Shown here in pieces: positions 37,143 through 46,132 of a DNA stretch of 64,000 bases. A model generated the notes under the pieces. The model worked only from the letters and a program-made list of their open reading frames with translations. It ran no database searches and was not told the origin of the DNA. Source of the DNA: an uncultured Clostridium sp. (GTDB lineage: Bacteria > Bacillota > Clostridia > TANB77 > CAG-508); contig CAYJIP010000005.1 of the NCBI GenBank assembly GCA_964370265.1, forward strand, positions 29,915 to 93,914. Reading direction: 5' to 3'. The first letter of the stretch is position 1. The number at the start of each line of letters is the position of its first letter. A program made the position numbers and the translations under genes.

Positions 37143-38327
37143 ATGAAAATATTAGTATTAAATTCAGGAAGTTCATCATTAAAATATCAAGTAATAGATA
37201 TGGAAACAAAAGAAAGTTTAGTTGAAGGATATTATGAAAGAATAGGACAACCAACAGCATTCTTAACACATAAAAGAGGAGAAAAATTTAAATTTGAAGT
37301 ACCAGTACAAAATCATGAAGAAGCAATTAAAGTTGTTATGGAAAAATTAACAAGTGAAGAATGTGGAGTTATTTCTAATTTAAATGACTTAGCTGGAATT
37401 GGACATAGAGTTGTTCATGGTGGAGAAAAATTCACTAGTTCAGTAGTAATAACAGATGAAGTTATAGAAGAAATTAGAAGATGTGCAGAGTTAGCACCAT
37501 TACATAATCCAGCAGCAGTATTAGGAATAGAAGCTTGTAAAAAAATAGCTCCAGAAATGTCAATGGTAGCAGTATTTGATACAGCATTCCATCAAACATT
37601 AAAAAAAGAACAATTTATATATCCAATACCACATAAATATTATGAAAAATATGGAGTAAGAAAATATGGATTCCATGGAACATCTCATAGTTATGTATCA
37701 AAAAGAGTAGCAGAATTTATAAATGAAGATATATCTAAATTGAAAATAATAAATTGCCACTTAGGACAAGGATGTAGTGTTTGTGCTATCGATGGTGGAG
37801 TTTCAGTTGAAACAAGTATGGGATTAACACCTCTTGCAGGTTTAGCTATGGGAAGTAGATCAGGAGATTTAGATCCATCTGTAGTTACATATTTAATGAA
37901 AAAAGAAAACTTAACAGTAGCAGAAGTTGAAAATATATTAAATAAAGAATCAGGTTTATTCGGAATGTCAGAAATATCAGTAGATATGAGAGATATCGAA
38001 GATGCTGATGCTAAAGGTGATGAAAAAGCAAGATTATCTTTAGATGTATTCCATTACATAGTTGCATCACATGTTGCTAAATGTGCAGTTGCAATGGGTG
38101 GTGTTGATATTATAACATTTACAGCAGGTGTTGGTGAAAATGGTAAAGCTTCAAGAAAAGACATTTGTGAAAGATTAAAATTCTTAGGAATTGATTTCGA
38201 TGAAGAAAAAAATGATGTAAGAGGAAAAGAAAGAGAAATCACAACTGAAAATTCTAAAGTTAGAGCATTTATAATACCAACAAATGAAGAATTAATGATA
38301 GCTCAAGAAACAAGTAATTTAATATAA
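37143..38327 (+). CDS. ackA: Acetate kinase
   Basis: LVLNSGSSSLKY and RKYGFHGTSH motifs. Adjacent to pta. Confidence 0.95.
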   Translation: MKILVLNSGSSSLKYQVIDMETKESLVEGYYERIGQPTAFLTHKRGEKFKFEVPVQNHEEAIKVVMEKLTSEECGVISNLNDLAGIGHRVVHGGEKFTSSVVITDEVIEEIRRCAELAPLHNPAAVLGIEACKKIAPEMSMVAVFDTAFHQTLKKEQFIYPIPHKYYEKYGVRKYGFHGTSHSYVSKRVAEFINEDISKLKIINCHLGQGCSVCAIDGGVSVETSMGLTPLAGLAMGSRSGDLDPSVVTYLMKKENLTVAEVENILNKESGLFGMSEISVDMRDIEDADAKGDEKARLSLDVFHYIVASHVAKCAVAMGGVDIITFTAGVGENGKASRKDICERLKFLGIDFDEEKNDVRGKEREITTENSKVRAFIIPTNEELMIAQETSNLI

Positions 38328-38351
38328 TATATGATATTATAGAATAAGCAT

Positions 38352-38377
38352 AATAAAAGTAATAAAAGTAATAAAAA
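38352..38377. repeat. 9-nt tandem repeat AATAAAAGT, about 3 copies
   Basis: Lies between the ackA stop and its terminator. Confidence 0.8.
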
Positions 38378-38408
38378 ACTTTAATCTAGATATAGATTAA
38401 AGTTTTTT
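38373..38408 (+). terminator. Intrinsic terminator of pta-ackA
   Basis: AACTTTAATCTA / TAGATTAAAGTT stem followed by a T-run. Confidence 0.85.
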
Positions 38409-38422
38409 ATCATATAATTATA

Positions 38423-38451
38423 TTGCATAAAATGTAGAAATATGGTATTAT
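38423..38451 (+). promoter_or_regulatory. SigA-type promoter (extended -10) of the second acetate kinase gene
   Basis: TTGCAT, 17-nt spacer, TATTAT, with TG at -15/-14. Confidence 0.55.
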
Positions 38452-38474
38452 CAACTAGAAAAAATCAAGAAAAA

Positions 38475-38490
38475 CACTATTGTAATAGTG
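38475..38490. promoter_or_regulatory. 16-nt palindrome CACTATTGTAATAGTG in the leader of the second acetate kinase gene
   Basis: 7-bp perfect arms about 25 nt downstream of the -10. Could be an operator or an RNA hairpin. Confidence 0.35.
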
Positions 38491-38656
38491 AAAAAGTACA
38501 CAAAATTATACTTGAATTTTGTAAGAATATATTAGTAGGAGGGATTAATCTAAATAATAATATAGACAAAAGCAAAATATAAATATGTAAAAAGATACAA
38601 AAGTATAATTTGATACTATTTTCAACAATTACAATTATAAGAGAAAGGAAATGAAT

Positions 38657-39850
38657 ATGAAAATATTAGTATTGAATTCAGGAAGTTCATCTTTAAAATA
38701 TCAAGTAATTGATATGAATACAGAAGAATGTTTAGCATCAGGAAAATATGAAAGAATTGGAGAAAAAGCATCTTTTCTAGTACACAAAGTAGAAACACAA
38801 GGGAAAAAAATAAAATTAGAGAACACAGCATTAAATCATGCAGAAGCAATAGAATTCACATTAAAACAATTAGTGAATCCTGAATATGCAGTAGTAACAT
38901 CATTGGATGAAATAACAGCAACAGGACATAGAGTTGTACATGGTGGAGAATTTTTCAAAGAATCAGTAGTTATAACAGATGAAGTTATGCAAAAAATATC
39001 TGAGTACAGTGAATTTGCACCATTACATAATCCAGCAGCTATATTAGGAATGGAAGCTTGTAAAAAAGTTATGCCAGGTAAAAAAATGGTAGCAGTATTT
39101 GATACTACTTTCCATCAAACTATAGCTAAAGAAAAATTTATATATTCAATTCCTTATGAATATTATGAAAAATATGGAGTAAGAAAATATGGATTTCATG
39201 GAACATCTCATATGTATGTATCGAATAGATTAGCAGAAATAGTGGGAAAAGATATTAAAGATCTTAAAATTATTACATGCCACATTGGACAAGGTGCAAG
39301 TATTTGTGCTGTTGAAGGTGGGAAATCAATAGATACAAGTATGGGATTAACACCTCTTGCAGGTGTAACAATGGTAACTCGTTCAGGAGATATCGATCCA
39401 TCTGTTATTACATATTTAATGAATAAAGAACAAAAAACAGCAAAAGAAATGGAAGATAAGTTGAACAAAGAATCAGGTGTTGCAGGAATTTCAGGATTAG
39501 CACCAGATTTTAGAGAAATCGAAGAAGAAGCGAGAAATGGTAATCAACAAGCTAAAATAGCAGTAGAAAATTTTGTATATTCAGTTTCAGGATATATTGC
39601 TAAATATTGTGTTGCTTTAAAAGGTGTTGACTATATAGTATTCACTGGTGGAATCGGAGAAAATCAAATAACAATAAGAAAAGCTATTTGTGACAACTTA
39701 AGTTTTATTGGTTTAGAAATGAATGAAGAAAACAATAAAATAAGAGGTGAAGAAATAGAAATTTCTTCTAGTAAATCAAAAGTAGGTGCATATGTAATTC
39801 CTACAAATGAAGAGTTAGTAATAGCAAAAGAAACAGTTAGATTAATTTAA
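38657..39850 (+). CDS. ackA: Acetate kinase family paralog
   Basis: Same motifs as 37143-38327. First 20 residues identical if ATG 38657 is used (the RBS GAAAGGAAA fits this start). Confidence 0.9.
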   Translation: MKILVLNSGSSSLKYQVIDMNTEECLASGKYERIGEKASFLVHKVETQGKKIKLENTALNHAEAIEFTLKQLVNPEYAVVTSLDEITATGHRVVHGGEFFKESVVITDEVMQKISEYSEFAPLHNPAAILGMEACKKVMPGKKMVAVFDTTFHQTIAKEKFIYSIPYEYYEKYGVRKYGFHGTSHMYVSNRLAEIVGKDIKDLKIITCHIGQGASICAVEGGKSIDTSMGLTPLAGVTMVTRSGDIDPSVITYLMNKEQKTAKEMEDKLNKESGVAGISGLAPDFREIEEEARNGNQQAKIAVENFVYSVSGYIAKYCVALKGVDYIVFTGGIGENQITIRKAICDNLSFIGLEMNEENNKIRGEEIEISSSKSKVGAYVIPTNEELVIAKETVRLI

Positions 39851-39870
39851 TTAATATTAAAAAAAATTAG

Positions 39871-39915
39871 ATGTCCAAATATTAAGTAATATATTAATAT
39901 TTGGACATATTTTTG
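39871..39915 (+). terminator. Intrinsic terminator
   Basis: 15-bp arms ATGTCCAAATATTAA / TTAATATTTGGACAT, then ATTTTTG. Confidence 0.85.
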
Positions 39916-39935
39916 TATGTAAAATCCAAAAATAA

Positions 39936-39964
39936 TTGAATTACTGTGATAAATGTGATAATAT
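39936..39964 (+). promoter_or_regulatory. SigA-type promoter
   Basis: TTGAAT, 17-nt spacer, TAATAT. Confidence 0.5.
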
Positions 39965-39997
39965 AGAGTACATAAAATAATTGAAAGAAGGTTTTTT

Positions 39998-40348
39998 ATG
40001 GGGAAGACAGTAGGTTGGATACTATATTCAATAGATGAATTACGTAGAGAGTTAAGATTGAAAATTTATGCACGGATGCCAATTTTAACCTGGAAATTAT
40101 TTAATCGCAGATTAAAAGGAAAATCTAAATTAATTTCGTCTAAAATTCAATATTGTGAATGTATAAAAGATAGTGATGTTCAAAAATTAAAGGAATATCA
40201 AAAAATTTTGAATACTGCAATAGTAGAACTAGAGAAAATAGATTTACACAACCAAGGTGAAATTAAGAATTTTGAAAAAGAATTTTATCAACAAATTTTT
40301 AAGTTTAAATTACAAATTTTACAAAATGAAGAAGAAAAGAAAATTTAA
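39998..40348 (+). CDS. Orphan hypothetical protein (116 aa, basic N-terminus, coiled-coil-like C-terminus)
   Basis: RBS GAAAGAAGG. Has its own promoter and terminator. No family recognised. Confidence 0.55.
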   Translation: MGKTVGWILYSIDELRRELRLKIYARMPILTWKLFNRRLKGKSKLISSKIQYCECIKDSDVQKLKEYQKILNTAIVELEKIDLHNQGEIKNFEKEFYQQIFKFKLQILQNEEEKKI

Positions 40349-40407
40349 AAATAAAGTTAAAAAATGCTGAAAGTTAAAACTCAAAACTAAAACTAAAAAA
40401 CATCTTT

Positions 40408-40438
40408 AAAGACCTCCAATAAATATGGAGGTCTTTTT
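40408..40438 (+). terminator. Intrinsic terminator
   Basis: AAAGACCTCCA / TGGAGGTCTTT stem followed by a T-run. Confidence 0.85.
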
Positions 40439-40448
40439 ATATATCATT

Positions 40449-40481
40449 AGTAAAACTTAAGTAAAACTTAAGTAAAACTTG
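40449..40481. repeat. 11-nt tandem repeat AGTAAAACTTA x3, running into a -35 box
   Basis: Units at 40449, 40460 and 40471. The last unit overlaps TTGACA (40479-40484). Confidence 0.9.
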
Positions 40482-40507
40482 ACAGATTATTTGATAAGGA
40501 GTAATAT
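40479..40507 (+). promoter_or_regulatory. SigA-type promoter
   Basis: TTGACA, 17-nt spacer, TAATAT. Confidence 0.6.
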
Positions 40508-40541
40508 ATAGGTATTAAAATTAAAGAAAGGTGGAGTCAAA

Positions 40542-41036
40542 ATGACGACAACTGAGCCGAAAAATAAAGTAATTACTGATTTTTTGAAAAAAGTACAAAT
40601 GATTGAAAAAGAAATTCCAGTTATTGAAAAAGGAGATGTGAAAGATTTTATAAAATTTAAATTTTTTATAACTAAACTAAATCACAAGAAATCTAAATTA
40701 AATTTACTAGTTGACAGTGAAAAATTGATTGAAATAGAACGGAATGTAAGTTCGAATATAAATATTAAAATAACAGAAGTCAGTCAATTTGAATTATTAA
40801 ACCATAAAAGAGATATGGTAGTAGAAGGATACACTAGTAGGATAATTCAAGATTTTATAAATTTTTTAGAAGCGCAAATAGAGTATGCAAAAAGTGTACG
40901 CAAGAAAGATTTGCAAATATATCTTCAAAGATTTGAGCAGGCCATAAAAGAGCAAAATAATAAAATTGAAAAAGAAACAGTTCTGATGGAAGAAATTTGT
41001 GCGGATACTTTTTCTGAAGAATTATGTATGTGGTAA
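40542..41036 (+). CDS. Orphan hypothetical protein (164 aa)
   Basis: AAAGGTGGAG RBS and its own promoter. No family recognised. Confidence 0.6.
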   Translation: MTTTEPKNKVITDFLKKVQMIEKEIPVIEKGDVKDFIKFKFFITKLNHKKSKLNLLVDSEKLIEIERNVSSNINIKITEVSQFELLNHKRDMVVEGYTSRIIQDFINFLEAQIEYAKSVRKKDLQIYLQRFEQAIKEQNNKIEKETVLMEEICADTFSEELCMW

Positions 41037-41188
41037 AAAAATAGGTGTGGATTTTAATCTATATCTATCCAAGTTATTAATAAATTTAAAGTTGTCGCAC
41101 ACAGTAAAATTAATTTTATGATATATGAATATTAAAATTCAAGAGTATAATGATTAAAGAAAGAAACAATAAGGAAGAAGGAATCGTA

Positions 41189-41494
41189 ATGAAAAAGGAA
41201 AATCAACGGAGTGAAAAAAATAAGAATCAAGAAACAATTAAATCATTATGTTCTTGGGTAAATATGCTATTTATATGTTGTATAGTAATAACAATAGTAT
41301 ACAAACCATATTTTGATGGGAAATCAGAATTTATAAATTATATGGTATTAATATTATGTATTATTAGTATTTTAAACTATATCATAAATATAATTTATTT
41401 GATTGTTACAAAAGACAAAGATAAAAGTGAAATAATGACAAATATAGCTTATATATTTTCAATAATATTATTGTATGTGATATATAGTCTATAA
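41189..41494 (+). CDS. Small membrane protein (three predicted TM helices)
   Basis: GGAAGAAGGAA RBS before ATG 41189. Hydrophobic segments follow a charged N-terminus. Confidence 0.5.
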   Translation: MKKENQRSEKNKNQETIKSLCSWVNMLFICCIVITIVYKPYFDGKSEFINYMVLILCIISILNYIINIIYLIVTKDKDKSEIMTNIAYIFSIILLYVIYSL

Positions 41495-41496
41495 CT

Positions 41497-41542
41497 AAAA
41501 AAGAAAGAGTAAACAATAAATATTGTACACTCTTTCTTTTTT
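41497..41542. terminator. Bidirectional intrinsic terminator
   Basis: AAAAAAGAAAGAGT...ACTCTTTCTTTTTT arms with additional inner pairing. Confidence 0.8.
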
Positions 41543-41555
41543 AGTTATTATTAGG

Positions 41556-43406
41556 TTATTTAATAATTAAATTTGGTTTATAAATACTTAGCCACATATT
41601 TACTTGAATTAAATATGCCAGTAGCTGAGGTCCTGTCATTAGTTGACCAAACCACGGTCTAGTAAAAGATACGCCATTTGTATCTAAAATTTCTTGAAGA
41701 ACAGATTTATTTAACAAAGTAGTGATAGGTGAATTTGAATCTTCTATAATTGAAGCGAAAATATTTTTCACCTTAGCTAAATAAGAAGGGTTATGAGTTT
41801 TGGGATATGGAGATTTTTTTCTATCAATAATTTCAGAAGGAAGGAAATCTTTAGAAATATATCTAAGTAATCCTTTTTCTCTATTTTTCAAGGCTTTCCA
41901 CTCCCAAGGAACATTCCACATATATTGAGCTAACCTGTAATCACAAAAAGGAACACGTATTTCTAATCCATTATACATAGCCATTCTGTCGGAACGATCT
42001 AATAATGTTTGCATAAACCACGTCATTGTCAAATACGAAATATTTCGTTTGTCTGATGTTTCATCAGAATCAGTATCCAATATATCTACATTACTTAAAC
42101 TTTCATTATACCTGAAATCAACATATTCTTTTAAGTTAATCTTATTTTGTAAATCAGTATTTAAAAGATTTTGTCTTTCAGGAATTGAAATAGACCAAGG
42201 AAAAGTGTTACTATTTAAAGCATCATTTCTAAAAAACCAAGGATAACCACCGAAAATTTCATCTGCACATTCTCCACTTAGTGCAACTGTCATATCTTTT
42301 TTTACATTTTTACAAAATAGGAGTAGAGAGGAATCGATATCAGCCATTCCAGGCATATCACGAGCTACCATGGATTCTTCTAAATAATCATATAACTCAG
42401 GTGTGTCGAGTACTATTTTATGATGATTTGTATTACAAGAATTGGTAACTAAGTTAATGTAGTAGTTATCTGAATTTGGCTGAAAATCACTTTTAATGAA
42501 ATTTTTGTCATTATCTATATAATCAACTGAATATGTGTTTAAAATTCCTAAGTTATTGTTTTTATAGTGATCAGAGGCGAATTTAGTTATTATACTAGAG
42601 TCTAAACCACCAGATAAAAAAGTACAAAGAGGAACATCAGAAGTTAATTGTCTTTTGATAGAATCATTTAATAGTTCCTTAATATCAGTGCATGTTTGAG
42701 CGAAATTTTCAGTATGTTCTTTGCTAGATAATGACCAATATTTTTGAATATCCAATCCATATTTGTTAAAAATACCCGAATGTCCAGGTTTTAATTCAAA
42801 TATATCTTTGAATATCGTAGTTCCAGGCGTATGTGCAGGACCTAAGCCAAAGAGTTCTGATATTCCTTGATTATCAATGTTTTTTTCAATAAGTGGATAT
42901 TCAAAAATCCCCTTTAATTCTGAAGAAAAAATCAGGTTATTATTATATTCTGTATAAAAAAATGGTTTTACACCAAAATGATCTCTTGCGAAAAATAGTT
43001 CATTTTTATTTTCATTCCAAATAGCAAAAGAAAAAATACCATTTAAATAATTGCATACATTTTTTCCAAAATGAAGATAAGATTTTAATAAAACTTCTGT
43101 GTCTGAATAACCAATAAAAGTAAAATTATTTTCTAATAGAATTGATCTTAATTCTTCTGTATTATATAATTGACCATTATATATAAGTGTATAATTATTT
43201 TCATTGTGTATAGTTGTCATTGGTTGTTTTCCACCATCAGCATCGATAACGATTAGTCTTTTATGTCCTAAAGCGATAGTGTCTGTTATATGAAATCCTT
43301 CTTCATCAGGACCTCTTCTAAAAATAGAGTTATTCATATTTGTTAAAATATTTCTTTTGTTTGATATATTATTTTTAAAATCAGTAAAACCTACAAAACC
43401 ACACAT
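41556..43406 (-). CDS. asnB: Asparagine synthase (glutamine-hydrolysing)
   Basis: N-terminal MCGF Ntn nucleophile and SGGLDSS PP-loop. 616 aa. Confidence 0.9.
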   Translation of the reverse strand: MCGFVGFTDFKNNISNKRNILTNMNNSIFRRGPDEEGFHITDTIALGHKRLIVIDADGGKQPMTTIHNENNYTLIYNGQLYNTEELRSILLENNFTFIGYSDTEVLLKSYLHFGKNVCNYLNGIFSFAIWNENKNELFFARDHFGVKPFFYTEYNNNLIFSSELKGIFEYPLIEKNIDNQGISELFGLGPAHTPGTTIFKDIFELKPGHSGIFNKYGLDIQKYWSLSSKEHTENFAQTCTDIKELLNDSIKRQLTSDVPLCTFLSGGLDSSIITKFASDHYKNNNLGILNTYSVDYIDNDKNFIKSDFQPNSDNYYINLVTNSCNTNHHKIVLDTPELYDYLEESMVARDMPGMADIDSSLLLFCKNVKKDMTVALSGECADEIFGGYPWFFRNDALNSNTFPWSISIPERQNLLNTDLQNKINLKEYVDFRYNESLSNVDILDTDSDETSDKRNISYLTMTWFMQTLLDRSDRMAMYNGLEIRVPFCDYRLAQYMWNVPWEWKALKNREKGLLRYISKDFLPSEIIDRKKSPYPKTHNPSYLAKVKNIFASIIEDSNSPITTLLNKSVLQEILDTNGVSFTRPWFGQLMTGPQLLAYLIQVNMWLSIYKPNLIIK

Positions 43407-43589
43407 AATATCCTCCTAGAATAAATTAGATATAACTAAAGTATATGCAAATTATATAAAAATAGTAATTTTAAATAATGAAACGTATTTTTTAAATATA
43501 TTCAAAGTAGAGTTTTATATGATTTTCTAGGTTTTATGAACTTATTGAATAAAAAAAATAAAAAGATTATGGAATAATTACAAGAGCTA

Positions 43590-43618
43590 TTGACAAAAAA
43601 CTAAATTACTTGTATAAT
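43590..43618 (+). promoter_or_regulatory. SigA-type promoter of rpmF
   Basis: TTGACA, 17-nt spacer, TATAAT. Confidence 0.65.
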
Positions 43619-43688
43619 TTTAAGGTACTAAAATGGTTAAAAAACAAATAGATATATAAAACATATCTTGGTCTAAGGAGGGATAACG

Positions 43689-43880
43689 ATGGCACAACCA
43701 AAAAGAAGATGGTCGAAAGCAAGAACACATTCAAAAAGAGCAAATTGGAAAAAAGAAAAACCAACATTTTCAAATTGTCCAAAATGTCAAGAACCAGTAA
43801 TGCCACATAGAGTTTGTAAAAACTGTGGACACTATGCTGGGAAAGAAGTAATAGCTGTAAAAGAAAACGAAAATGCATAA
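43689..43880 (+). CDS. rpmF: 50S ribosomal protein L32 (zinc-ribbon form)
   Basis: MAQPKRRWSKARTHSKRA N-terminus with CPKC...CKNC. AAGGAGGG RBS. Confidence 0.85.
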   Translation: MAQPKRRWSKARTHSKRANWKKEKPTFSNCPKCQEPVMPHRVCKNCGHYAGKEVIAVKENENA

Positions 43881-43886
43881 ATAAAT

Positions 43887-43927
43887 ATCTCTAAATAAGG
43901 TGAACTTATTTGGGGATTTTTATTTTT
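43887..43927 (+). terminator. Intrinsic terminator of rpmF
   Basis: 13-bp stem ATCTCTAAATAAG / CTTATTTGGGGAT (two G-U pairs) followed by a T-run. Confidence 0.75.
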
Positions 43928-44002
43928 TACTATACAAAAAAAATATTATATGATATATTGGATATATTAATACTAAAATATGTAAAAATAGGGGTGGTTA
44001 TA

Positions 44003-44524
44003 ATGGGAGTAAAAATTTTTTCTGAAAAAGGAACTACAAACTTGATATTACCAGGAATATGTATAGCATTAGGTTTAATTTTAGCAACAAATCCTGAGGC
44101 TATAACATCAATTATTTCAATAATATTAGGAGCATTATTAATATTATTAGGAATAATAAAACTATTTGGTTATAATTCAACTAATAAAACAGATGGTTCA
44201 CTATTTACAACTGCAATACTATGTATTGTGTCAGGGATTGTGGTAATGTTTTTTACACATATAATATTAGAGTTTTTAAGAATTTTAATTGGAACTTGGA
44301 TTATATATGCAGGAATTATGGGATTAATCAAAGTAATTAAATGGAGAGAATATACATCAAAGTTATGGATAGTATCTTTAATATTATCTGTTATATTATT
44401 TGGTATAGGATTATTTGTATTAATTAATTCAAATGCTATAGTACAAACATTAGGAATAGTAATAGTTATTTACGGTATAATTGATGTTATAGCTAATATA
44501 ATATTCATGAAAAAAGCTAATTAA
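44003..44524 (+). CDS. DUF308/HdeD-like integral membrane protein
   Basis: Six hydrophobic helices. ATG 44003 follows GGGGTGG. The upstream part of the track ORF overlaps the terminator. Confidence 0.5.
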   Translation: MGVKIFSEKGTTNLILPGICIALGLILATNPEAITSIISIILGALLILLGIIKLFGYNSTNKTDGSLFTTAILCIVSGIVVMFFTHIILEFLRILIGTWIIYAGIMGLIKVIKWREYTSKLWIVSLILSVILFGIGLFVLINSNAIVQTLGIVIVIYGIIDVIANIIFMKKAN

Positions 44525-44554
44525 AATATAAAAGAAAAAGAAAAACTAAAAGAA

Positions 44555-44624
44555 AAACTAAAATTAAAACTAAAATTAAAATTAAAATTAAAACTAAAAT
44601 TAAAACTAAAATTAAAACTAAAAG
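44555..44624. repeat. Hexamer tandem array AAAAYT, about 11 units
   Basis: AAAACT and AAAATT units alternate, preceded by related AAAAGAAAAACT units from 44533. Lies between the stop (44524) and the terminator. Confidence 0.9.
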
Positions 44625-44636
44625 TGAAATAAGTTA

Positions 44637-44678
44637 AAAGTATAAATATTAAATTATATTTAATATTTATACTTTTTT
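44637..44678 (+). terminator. Intrinsic terminator
   Basis: 19-bp arms AAAAGTATAAATATTAAAT / ATTTAATATTTATACTTTT followed by a T-run. Confidence 0.8.
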
Positions 44679-44877
44679 GATATATGAAAATATATCAATT
44701 TAGAAATAATAGTAGATATAAAAATAAAATTTAAAACACGTGTTAAAGCAAATATTAAAAAAAGGTTTTAAAATACATACTAGACGATAAATCATAGTTT
44801 TTGATGTGCTGTAAAGAAAAGAAATAGTTACATTTTACATAAAAACTTCATATTATAAAAAGAAAGGAGAATGTAAT

Positions 44878-45228
44878 ATGTATAAAAAATATGATAAATG
44901 TAATTGTCAAAATAAAGAAGTTATAAATGAAATGATATTACAAGATACTGAAAATATTGATGATCAATATGAATGTATGTCAAAAATGGAAAAGCTAGAA
45001 TGTGGATTCAATCAAACAGAAAACTATTTTCCAAATAATGTATCATTAGCTCAAAGTTATGTACCATATCAAAAAATGGATAAAACTTTTGTACCATGTG
45101 TGGGATTAAAAATGGGGACAATATTTCCAGAGTTGGTTAGTCCATATGTACCATGCCAAGCTATGATGCAAAATGAATTTTTAAGAACAAGAAATTCTAT
45201 GAAAGCAGGTGATAATACATGTTTTTAA
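44878..45228 (+). CDS. cotJA: Spore coat-associated protein CotJA
   Basis: C-terminal LAQSYVPYQ...GTIFPEL motif. First gene of a cotJABC-ordered triplet. Confidence 0.8.
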   Translation: MYKKYDKCNCQNKEVINEMILQDTENIDDQYECMSKMEKLECGFNQTENYFPNNVSLAQSYVPYQKMDKTFVPCVGLKMGTIFPELVSPYVPCQAMMQNEFLRTRNSMKAGDNTCF

Positions 45229-45500
45229 ATAATGAATGTGAAACAAACAATATAATGAATAAAGAAGAGTTAATGAATCAAATAATGTCTGATGAATTTG
45301 CAATAACAGAATTAACCCTATACTTAGATAATCACCCAGAAGACCAAAAAGCATTAGCACTTCACAATAAATATTGTAACGACTTAAATAATGTCAAAAC
45401 AATGTATCAAAAAATGTATGGACCACTTTCGATTGATTATCCATGTAATTCATGGAGATGGATTGAAGAACCGTGGCCATGGGAAGGAGAGTGTAACTAA
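45219..45500 (+). CDS. cotJB: Spore coat protein CotJB
   Basis: ELTLYLDNHPED..AL..N motif. Overlaps cotJA by 10 nt. Confidence 0.85.
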   Translation: MFLNNECETNNIMNKEELMNQIMSDEFAITELTLYLDNHPEDQKALALHNKYCNDLNNVKTMYQKMYGPLSIDYPCNSWRWIEEPWPWEGECN

Positions 45501-46099
45501 TGTGGACATATAATAAATGCTTACAATATCCAATAAATATAAAAGAAACAAATCCAATGATAGCTAAATGTATAATAACACAATACGGAGGTCCAGATGG
45601 TGAAATAGGAGCAGCACTTAGATACTTATCTCAAAGATTTGAAATGCCAGATCAAAAAGCCAAAGCTATATTAAATGATGTAGGAACAGAGGAGCTGGGC
45701 CATCTAGAGATGGTAGGAACTATGGTACATCAACTAATCAGAAATGCAAATATTGAAGAAATTGAAAAATATGGATTATCAGAATACTATACAGATCATG
45801 CATTAGGTGTATTTCCTCAAAGTGCAGGTGGTTCAGCATTTAATGCAATAGCATTTGCATGTAAAGGAGACCCAATAGCTAATTTACAAGAAGATTTAGC
45901 AGCAGAAGCTAAAGCAAGAGTAACATATGAAAAGTTAATAGATTTATGTAGAAACTATCCAGATGTATTAGATCCATTGAGATTCTTAAGAGAAAGAGAA
46001 GTAGTGCATTTCCAAAGATTTGGTGAAGCTTTAAATGGAGTTCAAGAAAAACTATCAATGAAAAAGAATTATATGACAGGAATGAATGATTGTATATAG
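45500..46099 (+). CDS. cotJC: Spore coat protein CotJC (manganese catalase family)
   Basis: YGGPDGEIGAALRYLSQRF and EELGHLEMV di-metal motifs. Overlaps the cotJB stop by 1 nt. Confidence 0.9.
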   Translation: MWTYNKCLQYPINIKETNPMIAKCIITQYGGPDGEIGAALRYLSQRFEMPDQKAKAILNDVGTEELGHLEMVGTMVHQLIRNANIEEIEKYGLSEYYTDHALGVFPQSAGGSAFNAIAFACKGDPIANLQEDLAAEAKARVTYEKLIDLCRNYPDVLDPLRFLREREVVHFQRFGEALNGVQEKLSMKKNYMTGMNDCI

Positions 46100-46132
46100 T
46101 TTGAATGCAATTGACAGCAAGAAAATGAGATT

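Noticed and set aside
43407-43560. T-box or other leader upstream of asnB, and likewise upstream of hisS
   Set aside because: No GGTGGTACCGCG-like T-box sequence or specifier-loop features. The hisS spacer is only ~40 nt. The asnB upstream region is uniformly AT-rich.
44830-44857. Sigma-K-like promoter (AC-N17-CATATTATA) upstream of cotJA
   Set aside because: The match is to a very degenerate consensus in AT-rich DNA, and the implied start site would sit on the RBS. Not reported as a feature without a proper weight-matrix scan.
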